Notes under the pieces: generated by a model
The model's input: only the letters and a program-made list of their open reading frames with translations
What the model was told of the DNA's origin: nothing
The model's database searches: none
Origin: a virus
Taxonomy: Duplodnaviria > Caudoviricetes
Virus record (IMG/VR): IMGVR_UViG_3300031515_000001
Location: 1 to 55,522 of that record
Direction: 5' to 3' (one strand)
DNA length: 55,522 nucleotides
Part shown: positions 37,205-46,900 of the stretch, piece after piece
Layout: every line of letters begins with the position of its first letter
How positions within the stretch are numbered: position 1 is the stretch's first letter
Translations under genes and position numbers: made by a program

Positions 37205-38772
37205 CTTCCCTTGATAATTGCCCTCTTTTGTTGAGGTATAACATCTTGCTTATTAGCCCTTCTAACTCTGAATTTATTAGCCCACTCCTCCAGAGCTTTG
37301 ATTTTAGGAGCTTCTAATTTAGACAATGGAGTAGTCTTATTTATTACCTTAATTAATTCAGAATTATCTAAATCCTTCTGGGAATAAAAGCAATTACAGA
37401 GAGCCTCTTGAATAACAGCTTCTATTTCTGAGCCTGTAAAACCTTCAGTGAGACTTACAAAATCATCAACTTTATATTTGTCTGGATTTCTTCCAGTCTT
37501 CCGTAAATGTATTTTCCATATAGAACTACGCTCGGCTGCATTAGGCAATCCTACATACCAGATTTCATCAAATCTTCCTTTTCTAAGCATTTCAGGAGGA
37601 AGTTTAGTAATGTCATTAGAAGTACAGACAAAGAAAGAAGGAGCCTTCTTTTCCTGCATAAAATACAAGAAAGAGCCTATAAGCCTTGCTGTAACTCCAC
37701 TGTCAGAAGAAGAAGAGGATTCTAATCCTGCAAAAGCCTTCTCTATTTCATCTATAAGAATAACTGCGGGGCTAACTGCTTCTATTAGCTTAAATAGCTC
37801 TCTTGTATTTTTCTCAGTTTCTCCAACAAGGGAAGAAAATAACCTACCTACATCAAGCCTAAATAATGGAACTTCAAATAGAGTAGCTATAGCCTTAGCC
37901 GATAGAGTTTTACCAGTACCGGGCACTCCTGTTATAAGACATCCCTTTGGTACCTTTAATCCAAATTTTATAGCCTTTGACAGATTCTTATAAACAAATG
38001 CTACTCTTGTAAACCATTCTTTCAGATGCTCAAGCCCTCCAACTTCATTAATTGTCTCAGTATCTCTTATCCATTCTAACAGCCCTGATTTACGCACCAT
38101 TTTAGCTTTTTCTTGTTTCAATATTTCTAAATCAATTCCACTTTCCTCATTGACTAATGCTATAGATAAGGAACCTTGAATTTCGGCAATGGTCATTCCA
38201 GAGCAAATAGAAGATATAGCATCAACTTCTTTCTTAGTGGCTTTAACATTATAGTTAGTGAGAAAAGTAATCACCTCTTCTTTTATTTCATTCTGAGTTG
38301 GAAGTTTATAATCAATAGTTACAAAGTAGTGCTGAATCTCTGGGGGGAGGTCACCTGTTCCGATGCCTATAATATGCTGATGATTTACTTTACCACTTTG
38401 ATAAATATCATAAAGCAAGTCATAGATTCTGTATTTAGCAAAATGATTCTCCCATATAAGATGTAAATTATTTATTACAAATATACCTACTATGTTATTA
38501 TCCAGAATATATTTGAGAGTCTCTTCCAGCTCCATGGTTCCAGAGATATAATTACCATTTATAGATAAACCATAACCAGAATTATAAATATAAATACTAA
38601 GCCCTCTTCCTAAAACACTGATTGTTGATATAGTGGGAGCTACACTTAAATTGAAGCTATCTACATAATTAAATAAATCAGATAGGACTCTATCATACTC
38701 ATTAGAATAAATGTAAATAAGAGGAAAGGCTCCTCTAATATAAGTATCTATTTGTTCTGAAAAGGTCTTCAT
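37201..38772 (-). CDS. Ycf46-like AAA+ ATPase
   Basis: Degenerate N-terminal AAA, EKAKMVRKSGLLE, VGGLEHLKEW, GVPGTGKT, IDEIEK, LPPEMLRKGRFDE, GFTGSEIE. Confidence 0.9.
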   Translation of the reverse strand: MKTFSEQIDTYIRGAFPLIYIYSNEYDRVLSDLFNYVDSFNLSVAPTISTISVLGRGLSIYIYNSGYGLSINGNYISGTMELEETLKYILDNNIVGIFVINNLHLIWENHFAKYRIYDLLYDIYQSGKVNHQHIIGIGTGDLPPEIQHYFVTIDYKLPTQNEIKEEVITFLTNYNVKATKKEVDAISSICSGMTIAEIQGSLSIALVNEESGIDLEILKQEKAKMVRKSGLLEWIRDTETINEVGGLEHLKEWFTRVAFVYKNLSKAIKFGLKVPKGCLITGVPGTGKTLSAKAIATLFEVPLFRLDVGRLFSSLVGETEKNTRELFKLIEAVSPAVILIDEIEKAFAGLESSSSSDSGVTARLIGSFLYFMQEKKAPSFFVCTSNDITKLPPEMLRKGRFDEIWYVGLPNAAERSSIWKIHLRKTGRNPDKYKVDDFVSLTEGFTGSEIEAVIQEALCNCFYSQKDLDNSELIKVINKTTPLSKLEAPKIKALEEWANKFRVRRANKQDVIPQQKRAIIKGS

Positions 38773-38788
38773 TTGTTCCCTCCATAGA

Positions 38789-38806
38789 AATTAAATCGAT
38801 TTAATT
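38789..38806. repeat. 18-bp palindrome AATTAAATCGATTTAATT
   Basis: Perfect copy between the stop at 38808 and the SD of the AAA gene. Confidence 0.95.
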
Positions 38807-38807
38807 A

Positions 38808-38999
38808 CTATCCACAAAAAACTACCCGACAATTAATACATTCAACATTTTTAAAAGGACACATTTCACAAATCATTTCCACTTCTAAAGTTCGCTTGTT
38901 TAATAACAGAGTTGAGCCATTTGTAAAATTTAGCATCTGGTTTCCTTCTTCCACACATCCGCTCTGCTGTTCTGCAGGTTCCGACAATAATTTTTTCAT
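38808..38999 (-). CDS. small Cys-rich protein
   Basis: SD GGAGG; CEMCPF....CINC; overlaps the upstream gene by 134 nt. Confidence 0.45.
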   Translation of the reverse strand: MKKLLSEPAEQQSGCVEEGNQMLNFTNGSTLLLNKRTLEVEMICEMCPFKNVECINCRVVFCG

Positions 39000-39411
39000 T
39001 ATATCCCTCCATTATTAATTTTTCTACTTCTATTTTATTTCTATATTTATAAATGCCAATACAGATATTAAGGATATTTTCATCTGATGGGAATTTATCC
39101 AGAACTTCCTCCAACTTATTCCTTATATTATTATATATATATTGCCTGACCTCCTTAACCAAAAACATGGAAGGATGAGGATACCCATCTATAGACGCCT
39201 TCAGGTATGGAAACTTAAGCCTGATTTCATCGAACATATCAACTCCAGCAAGCAAAACTTTCATCTTGTTTTTACCAATTTGTCTTTCTATCTTCTTGAA
39301 GAAGGGCTTAAGCTTGTACTCTACTTCATAGCCATTAGCTATTAATTTGCTTTCATATACCATCCAATTAGATGGATTTTTAATAGGTTTGGCTACTAAT
39401 TCTCTTACCAT
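38866..39411 (-). CDS. hypothetical protein, possibly leaderless
   Basis: 181 aa; ATG 5 nt downstream of TATAAT; no SD. Confidence 0.6.
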   Translation of the reverse strand: MVRELVAKPIKNPSNWMVYESKLIANGYEVEYKLKPFFKKIERQIGKNKMKVLLAGVDMFDEIRLKFPYLKASIDGYPHPSMFLVKEVRQYIYNNIRNKLEEVLDKFPSDENILNICIGIYKYRNKIEVEKLIMEGYNEKIIVGTCRTAERMCGRRKPDAKFYKWLNSVIKQANFRSGNDL

Positions 39412-39416
39412 AATAA

Positions 39417-39446
39417 ATTATATAATTTTCAAGAAGGTTTTGTCAA
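39417..39446 (-). promoter_or_regulatory. sigma70-type promoter (leftward of divergent pair)
   Basis: TTGACA-18 bp-TATAAT. Confidence 0.8.
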
Positions 39447-39484
39447 CTCCCATCTTACAAACTCATAATTATACCAATGAAGAA

Positions 39485-39514
39485 TTGACAAAAAAAGGGA
39501 AGATATGCTATTAT
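39485..39514 (+). promoter_or_regulatory. sigma70-type promoter (rightward of divergent pair)
   Basis: TTGACA-18 bp-TATTAT with extended TG; SD AGGAGG downstream. Confidence 0.75.
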
Positions 39515-39543
39515 AATTTAGTATCTAAAAAGGAGGAAAGAAG

Positions 39544-39870
39544 ATGATAGTACATCTAAGGTCTTACAGTTTTATACCCCATGAAGGGGTATTTGAGGTA
39601 AGAAAAGTGACTGAGGAAAGGCTGCGAGAGGCGGTTAAGAAGGGAACTCTAAAGGCTGGAATACGACATAAGGAAACATTTGCTTATGTAAAGAAGATAC
39701 TCGGGGTTGACTATATAAAAAACAATTTTGATAATATAAATCTGGCAAACAAGAATGAAATTCTGTTTGCTATAAGAAAGGAGGGAAAAAATGAATTTGT
39801 TATCTGGGAAATCAAAGGAATATCCATACGGGATAATAGGCACCATCCAATACAAGAACAAGAGGATTAA
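39544..39870 (+). CDS. hypothetical protein
   Basis: SD AGGAGG; first gene of the plus-strand block. Confidence 0.65.
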   Translation: MIVHLRSYSFIPHEGVFEVRKVTEERLREAVKKGTLKAGIRHKETFAYVKKILGVDYIKNNFDNINLANKNEILFAIRKEGKNEFVIWEIKGISIRDNRHHPIQEQED

Positions 39871-40054
39871 GATTATAACTAAAAGTAGAAAACATATAGT
39901 AGCTGGTAATTGGCTTGAAGCAGTTAGGAAGCACTGTACCAAAGATGAAATACCTGTTCTCCAAATTACAAACAGTATAACTGGAAAAAATTATATAGTA
40001 ATGGAAGCAGACCTATTCTGGAATGAAATTCTACCAAGAATTACGGAACCTTAG
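39791..40054 (+). CDS. hypothetical protein
   Basis: SD AGGAGG directly upstream; overlaps the sigma-like gene. Confidence 0.55.
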   Translation: MNLLSGKSKEYPYGIIGTIQYKNKRIKIITKSRKHIVAGNWLEAVRKHCTKDEIPVLQITNSITGKNYIVMEADLFWNEILPRITEP

Positions 40055-40634
40055 ACTCTCAAAATATGAACTAAGAAAATATGTAAACAAACTACTATTC
40101 CTAAAAAAGTATAATTTGGATTATGAAAATGTAAAAAAGAAATTAGTAGATAACTATTTAGCTTTAGGGCTAAAATTAGCCACCAAGTACCAGAGTGGGA
40201 GTAACATGAATACGATGGAACTATTCAATGAAGCCTATATAGCTATTAATAAAGCTGTGGATAAATACGACGGGCGGAGTTCTCTATCCACTTTTGTGCA
40301 CCACTATATAAAATGGCACCTCCAAACCTACATATCTGAAAATTCTATATCTATTAAACTTCCTTTTAAAGAAAGAAAAAAATATAAAGAATCCTTAGAC
40401 TATTTATTTATATCTGAAATACTAATTGATAAATACCATGATGGAGATGATTATGAGAAGATTAAGATAAAGGAGATGCTCCTTTTAAACTTGAATAAGG
40501 TGTTGGAACAGCTATGCTCTAATGATGAATTAGATAAACTATTTAATGATAGTAATCCTCCTAAAGAATTATTAGAAAAACTAAGAAAATGTGAGGAGGT
40601 AAAAAAGATTTATGACGAACTCAAATCCTTGTAG
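40023..40634 (+). CDS. sigma70-family region-2-like transcription factor
   Basis: KKLVDNYLALGLKLATKY...ELFNEAYIAINKAVDKYD....LSTFVHHYIK......I.LP parallels sigma region 2; no clear region 4. Confidence 0.75.
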   Translation: MKFYQELRNLRLSKYELRKYVNKLLFLKKYNLDYENVKKKLVDNYLALGLKLATKYQSGSNMNTMELFNEAYIAINKAVDKYDGRSSLSTFVHHYIKWHLQTYISENSISIKLPFKERKKYKESLDYLFISEILIDKYHDGDDYEKIKIKEMLLLNLNKVLEQLCSNDELDKLFNDSNPPKELLEKLRKCEEVKKIYDELKSL

Positions 40635-42981
40635 TAAATGTATTAATAGAAATATTAAAGTAGAGGGGCTTATTCGTAAAAGTGATATTCTAATTGTAGG
40701 AGAAAGCCCCGGTGAGGAAGAAGTAAAATATAAAATACCTTTTATTGGGAAAAGTGGTCAGTTACTTAATACAGTTCTCACTAATATTATGGAGATTAAT
40801 AGAAATGAAGTTGCTATAACAAATGCTGTCAAATGTATGATACAAAAAGAAGACAAGAAAGTATCCTCCTTTGTTAGAGAAACACTGCAATCCTGTAGAA
40901 CATTCTTAGTAGAAGACATACAGAAGGTTCAGCCAAGAATTATAGTATGCCTTGGTGAAATAGCCACCTTGCAGATATTCGGTAAAAAGTATCCCATATC
41001 AAGGGTCAGAGGTAGAATACTAAAATCAGAAGAATTTAATTGTGAAGTTTACTGTATGTTCCATCCTTCTTACATCCTAAGAACAGGCGGAATTTCTGAG
41101 AATAACTCAATATGGAAACTGTGGGCTAAGGATTGGTTGTATCTTAAAGAATATTTAAATAATGGAGCCATAGTTAAAGAGAAAAATTATGATGTTTTTA
41201 CAACCACGGATGGCATGAGAGCAGGCAAAATATTTTCTCTTGACTGTGAATGGGATGAGAATGAAAACCTAATAGCTATAGGAATAGGAGGTAAAAACTT
41301 TGCCAGAACAGCTATCATAAGCGAAATGACTCCAAGAGATAGAGAAAGTCTTGTTACCTTATTTAATAGAAGAGTCTTTGTCGTAGCTAATAGACCAGTT
41401 GATGAATACATACTATTGAAGAATGGTTTTCCTCCTCCAAAAAATGTAATAGACCTATTCAACATAGCAAATCTTGTAGATGATAATATGAAGATAAGCT
41501 TGGAAAATATAGCAAATATATATACTGAAGAAAGAAATATAAAGGATATAAACAGAGGTAAAAAAGTATGGGAGTTGAGTAGGGAGGATTTAATAAAATA
41601 CAACTGCCAAGACTGTGAAGTTACTATGAAGGCATTTAGTGTCCTCATGCGAAAGTTAAAAAGAGATGAAATATTATTCAGATATTGGAGATTTTTTACC
41701 CAGCCTATATCTGATATGCTTGCAGATATAGGCATAAGAGGTATAAAAATAAATACTGAGAAATTAATAGAAAATAAACAGTTTTTACAAAAAGAAAAAA
41801 TAAAACTTGAGCAGAGTCTTATATCCAGACTACCAATAGCTTTACAAATAAAATATAAGGATAATCTGAACCTTACAAGAAATAATATAATAATTGATTA
41901 TCTATTCAATAGTGAAGTTGGACTGAGACTTGAGCCAGAGGATTATACACCTACAGGACTACCTTCTCTGGCGGAGGAACATTTAAATCAGTATAACAAT
42001 GAATGGATTTCTGATTACATAAAATGGAAAAAGATTTCTAAACTTATATCTACATATTTGGAAGGAATTGAAAAATTCGTAAAAGATGGTAAAATACATC
42101 CAAATACAGTATTATACAGAACCTCTACTGGAAGAACAGCTATGATGAAACCTAATCTACAAAATATCCCGCAAAGAGGTATGCCTTATGTAGATAAATG
42201 TAAGGAGATATTTGAGGCTCCAGAAGGCTTTTTAATAGGAGCCAGAGATTTAGCTCAGTCGGAATTAAGAATTATAGCTTGGCTGGCTCAGGAAAAGAAC
42301 ATGCTTAAAGCTTTCAGAGAAGGACTTGACTTGCACAGAATGACTGCTTCTATAATAAATAATATCCCGCCGGAGGCTGTTACTAAAGAAATGAGACAAA
42401 CAGCTAAAGCAGTTAACTTCGGATTTATCTATGGATGTAGTCCATCTACATTCAGAGGTGTAGCTAAGAATGATTATGGTATAGAATTCTCTCTTGCAGA
42501 AGCCGAACAAATAAGAAGTAAGTTTTTTGATATATATCCTGCTCTTGTTAGATACCATGATAAATGTAAGAGAATAGTAAGACAGTTTAAACAGATAAGA
42601 AGCCCATTGGGAAGAGTTAGACGATTACCAAATATAGATAGTGATGACCCTTATCATAGAGCTGAAGCAGAAAGACAAGCTATAAACTTTCCAGTGCAAA
42701 GTTTTAGTTCAGATTTAGCTTTAATAGGGATGTATCTATTCTGGAAGGAGGTGAAAAATGTAAAATCTATTTATCCTTTTTTATTTATCCATGATAGTGT
42801 TATGTTCCTTGCGAGAGAAAATGTTATTGATAAGGCAATGAAACTACTAAAAGAGTGCATGGAGGAGCGAGCAGTAGAATATATCAAAAAACATTTTAAA
42901 ATTAAAATAGGCTATCCTGTAAAAAGCGAAGGCAAATATGGTCGGTCTTGGGCTGACCTAAAAGATTATGAGGAGGTTTAA
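40612..42981 (+). CDS. polA: family A DNA polymerase with N-terminal family-4 uracil-DNA glycosylase domain
   Basis: UDG: CSKC, VGESPGEEE, PFIGKSGQLL, TNAVKC, FHPSY. Exo: LDCE, YNCQD. Pol: TGR, PNLQNIP, DLAQSELR, RQTAKAVNFGFIYG, IHDS. Confidence 0.92.
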   Translation: MTNSNPCSKCINRNIKVEGLIRKSDILIVGESPGEEEVKYKIPFIGKSGQLLNTVLTNIMEINRNEVAITNAVKCMIQKEDKKVSSFVRETLQSCRTFLVEDIQKVQPRIIVCLGEIATLQIFGKKYPISRVRGRILKSEEFNCEVYCMFHPSYILRTGGISENNSIWKLWAKDWLYLKEYLNNGAIVKEKNYDVFTTTDGMRAGKIFSLDCEWDENENLIAIGIGGKNFARTAIISEMTPRDRESLVTLFNRRVFVVANRPVDEYILLKNGFPPPKNVIDLFNIANLVDDNMKISLENIANIYTEERNIKDINRGKKVWELSREDLIKYNCQDCEVTMKAFSVLMRKLKRDEILFRYWRFFTQPISDMLADIGIRGIKINTEKLIENKQFLQKEKIKLEQSLISRLPIALQIKYKDNLNLTRNNIIIDYLFNSEVGLRLEPEDYTPTGLPSLAEEHLNQYNNEWISDYIKWKKISKLISTYLEGIEKFVKDGKIHPNTVLYRTSTGRTAMMKPNLQNIPQRGMPYVDKCKEIFEAPEGFLIGARDLAQSELRIIAWLAQEKNMLKAFREGLDLHRMTASIINNIPPEAVTKEMRQTAKAVNFGFIYGCSPSTFRGVAKNDYGIEFSLAEAEQIRSKFFDIYPALVRYHDKCKRIVRQFKQIRSPLGRVRRLPNIDSDDPYHRAEAERQAINFPVQSFSSDLALIGMYLFWKEVKNVKSIYPFLFIHDSVMFLARENVIDKAMKLLKECMEERAVEYIKKHFKIKIGYPVKSEGKYGRSWADLKDYEEV

Positions 42982-43693
42982 TACTATGAAAAAATCAGAG
43001 TTTAGTGATACACCAATGTATCGCCCGAAAGACCCTACTAAGCAAAGATTATTTGCAGATGTTATGTCCAGAATTCCCCTTAAAATAAGAAATCAACTAA
43101 ATATGACTTGTATTCATATCCTAAATATTATGCTGGCAATGGGAACTTATAAGAATGAAGATAATAGATATTACATTGATACTATGTATTTTTCAGAAAC
43201 ATGGCTCGCAAAACAATGTGGAAGAAGTAGAGTTCATATCTCTAATATGATTAGAAGAATGGAAAAACTCGGACTAATAAAGGTAGTAAGAAGAAGATTA
43301 CCTAATGGAAGATTTAAGACTAATTTATACAGACTAACTGGGAGGCTCCTTCAATGTTTTGGTTTGTGGAAACGGTTTGTTAGAAGTATCGTCACAGAAA
43401 GAAAGAAAAGACTCGAAGAATCTATAAATCAAAAAATTAAAAAATACAAGAGATATATACGCACTTATCTTAAAGGCAAAAGTGTAAGTGAGTATTTATT
43501 TGATACAGCTTTAGAACAGGAACATGAGCGACAGCGATTATTAAGAGGCGAAATAACCAAACAGCAGTATTGGGAGAAAATAAAAGAATTAGGTAGAATA
43601 GCTTTCTTTATACCAGATAACCCAGAAGACTATAAATTGTTTATGCAACTTGCTAAAGAGGAGGTTGAAAGTATTGGAAATGCATCCATGTAA
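42968..43693 (+). CDS. winged-HTH protein, replication-initiator-like
   Basis: YFSETWLAKQCGRSRVHISNMIRRMEKLGLIKVVRR...TNLYRL (HTH_36-like); true start may be MKKSEF. Confidence 0.7.
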   Translation: MRRFNTMKKSEFSDTPMYRPKDPTKQRLFADVMSRIPLKIRNQLNMTCIHILNIMLAMGTYKNEDNRYYIDTMYFSETWLAKQCGRSRVHISNMIRRMEKLGLIKVVRRRLPNGRFKTNLYRLTGRLLQCFGLWKRFVRSIVTERKKRLEESINQKIKKYKRYIRTYLKGKSVSEYLFDTALEQEHERQRLLRGEITKQQYWEKIKELGRIAFFIPDNPEDYKLFMQLAKEEVESIGNASM

Positions 43694-43739
43694 AGTGGGC
43701 TTATTATATACTCTACTATGCAGAATGAAGAATACAAAA

Positions 43740-43925
43740 CATTTATTAATAAATTAATAAATGAGAGAGAGGAAACCTTCTAATCTCCATAGAGGAGCCC
43801 CTCTATAAAGATTAGAAGCCCTATTCTTCAGAAAGAGTTTACAGACCTCTTACTGAAGAATTGTTTTCTCTAACATAAAGAAGAAATATCCTTTATGCTA
43901 AAGAATATTTCTTCTTTATGTTAGA
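43740..43925. other. four consecutive hairpins in a convergent intergenic region
   Basis: Inverted repeats at 43740-43763, 43777-43818, 43823-43861 and 43869-43925. Confidence 0.8.
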
Positions 43926-43935
43926 AAAAAAAGGA

Positions 43936-43953
43936 AATTAAATCGATTTAATT
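43936..43953. repeat. 18-bp palindrome AATTAAATCGATTTAATT
   Basis: Perfect copy 4 nt after the stop of the 2668-aa gene. Confidence 0.95.
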
Positions 43954-43957
43954 TCTC

Positions 43958-46900
43958 TTATATCAGGTTGACCGCTTGTAGGGTTCTATCTATTCTTGGG
44001 GCTAGTGCTTGTTTTAGAGTATCACTTTCTATAAACGGAATAAAGCCCTTATATTTAATAACGGCTTTATTATAGTCTCTTATTGATTCTATTATATCTT
44101 TATAATCTTCTGGATTTTCTCCAGCGAGGCGGATTTTTCTATATATTTTATCTCTCCATTTCTCATACCAAGAACTTAATCTAATTGCGTAGAACTGTCT
44201 ATCTTGTATATCTGCTAATCTTTTTGGTCTAAATCCAAAGGCTCTTTCTACAGCTTCTGGTAATGTCAATTTAAATTGTTCTCCTGTCTCAGGTTCTATG
44301 ACAGGTTTCCCAGCTTTAGTGAGTAATCCTCTATTATACAAGCTTATAGCTTGGAATGGCATAGCCCAACCAATAGGTAGAGCATACGATAAAGTTCCGA
44401 GAATATCTCCATAACTAAATTGTTCTTTTGCTTTTAGTGTTCTTGTTATTTCCTGAGCGTGAACTCCTAATAAGAAATTACCTAAATCATCAAAAGATAA
44501 ACCTTTAGGTACAGGTAATTCCATCTTTAAAGCAGGAGACATATCAGCTAACCCCAATGCAGCTGGAATACCTTGTATTATAGCTGTCGCAACTGGTTCA
44601 TCAAATAAATCTCTAAATGTATTTCTAATTTTTGCTCTATATGGGAAACCAACTATTCTCTCAGCGATATCAAGTAGGTCATCTATAAATGGTATAGCAG
44701 ATACTCCACCAAAAACAGCAAAGGCAGCTAAAGATATAAATACCTTATCAAAATTCCTTTTTCCTATATTATGTAAAAGCCATGATATATAATTAAAGGT
44801 ATAAGATTTAAGTGTAGTAGGTATAGCAAGTAAAGCTCCTGCTGTTGTTCTTGGTTGCATCCAGTATGGTCTGTTAGCTCTGCTATAATCTCCAAATACA
44901 TCTTCAGTTACTTTGGCTGCAAATCTAATGCTTGTTTCATAATCCAGCCCCTTTGCCCTTGCTAATCTAAAAGCAAGCAGTCCACCAACTGTTCTTGTAT
45001 AATATTCTGAATACTTAAATGGTAACATAGTCCAATCAAATATCTTCTGGAATGTTCTGCCAAATACTTTCAGGTTTTCTTCTCTAATCATGTTAATGAA
45101 CTGGCTTTCTATAATTCCTTCAGTTATAAGATTCCTTAAAGCCATTATATCACTTTTATAAGGTATATCTTCTTTTCTAATATTTGCTATATCAAAATCT
45201 TCTTTGAAGTAACCATTTTTCCACCATTTAACTAAATCTTTAGAAGCCTTTGCTATATCAACTGTAGCCTTTATACTTTCTGGAATAGATTTTAGAATTT
45301 GCTCAGTTATTTTACCTTCACCCCTGAGTATAAATCCAGAAGGTTTATCCATAAGCATAGCTAATCGTTCAGCAGGCATAGTATAATAATTTTGCAGTTC
45401 TGGAACAAGCTGGGTTAACATCTGAGTTAGATTAATTACTACAGATGATATTCTTCCAGATAAATAGTAAAAGGCACCTATCATTCTAAGTTTATAAGCA
45501 TATCTTGCTATATCATTATAAGGAGCTGTTACGCCTTCAAGAGTTTTCTTAAGAAGGTTAAGCCTTTCTGGATTTGATTCTAATAACTCTTTATTCTTAT
45601 CTCTATAATCCATATATTCTGTTATGACTTTTTTGTGGGCTATGCTATTTGACATTTGTGTAAAGTACCTGCTTAACACCTCCTCTGGGTCTCTTTCATA
45701 ACCTCTAATAATCTTACCAAATTCTTCTGGCAGTCTATGTCTCTGGAACATTCTTCTTGCTGCTGCGTAATGTGTTTCAGCAAATACTTTATCCATAGCA
45801 TTACTTAACTGGCTTAATACTGCTTCTGATTCTGGGCTGTCTATGTGTTTGGCAAGTGCGAAAATTATTTCTTGTAAGTGTGTATAAGATAAGTTAGACA
45901 AAGCAGATTTTTCAATTGGCAGTTTTTCTCCTTTTACTACAATAAAATCAAGATTATTCTTAAATGCTTTTGCTTTTATTATTGGATTATTATGTATATC
46001 ACCTTCAGTTATCTCAAATTTAAAACCAACATTTTTAAGAACTTGCGTCATTTTATCAGTTATATTATTTAAATCAGCCCGCTCCTTTTCAGCGAACTTT
46101 GATGGATTTACTTCGTGATAGAATACTTCATATAATACAGGACTTTTCTGCCCTGATATTGGGTCTACGATTTCGCCCCTTTGGTACAATTTAATGTAGT
46201 AATTTCCACCCTTTCTTGTAAATGGCTTGTAGTAGATATTTGATAATTCATCTAATGAATGCGCACTCTTTTCTATGAAATTCAGCAGATGAGAAAATGG
46301 ATAAATATCCTTCTTGTATTCATTCATAATCTTGGATGACAGTTCTTTCTGTAGATTTAATATTGCTCTTTTATCTATGGCATCTTTTGTAATCTCTCCA
46401 AGTATCTTAGTTATATATGGATTAAATGTTGTATTAATAAATTCATTAAACTCGTCTGGTTTAAAATCACTTTTACCTCTCTCTATATTTCTCTTTATAG
46501 ATGAAATAGTTGATTTAACAAACATACCATACAGGGCATTTATCATTTCCCTAAATATCAAATCCGTTCCTTTCTTTGTTTCCGTATACACTCTATACAT
46601 TTTATCTATAGAGGTTGGGTCTGTAACTCCATATCTATATGCTACTTCTGAAAACCTGTCTTTAGGTAAAAAATCCATTATAATAGCACATTCGTTCTCT
46701 ATATCACTATATTTGTCATATAAACCCTCAGTCTTCAATTCTTTTAAAGCTACGAATACTTTGTTATAGGCTGCTTGTAATAATCTGTTTGCATATTGCC
46801 CTCCTCTATGAACTATATCATAAAATTCCATAAGCCATTCATTTCTTCTTGGCATATCTAATATCGTCTTGAGTTTATCTATAGTTGATATTCTTACTTC

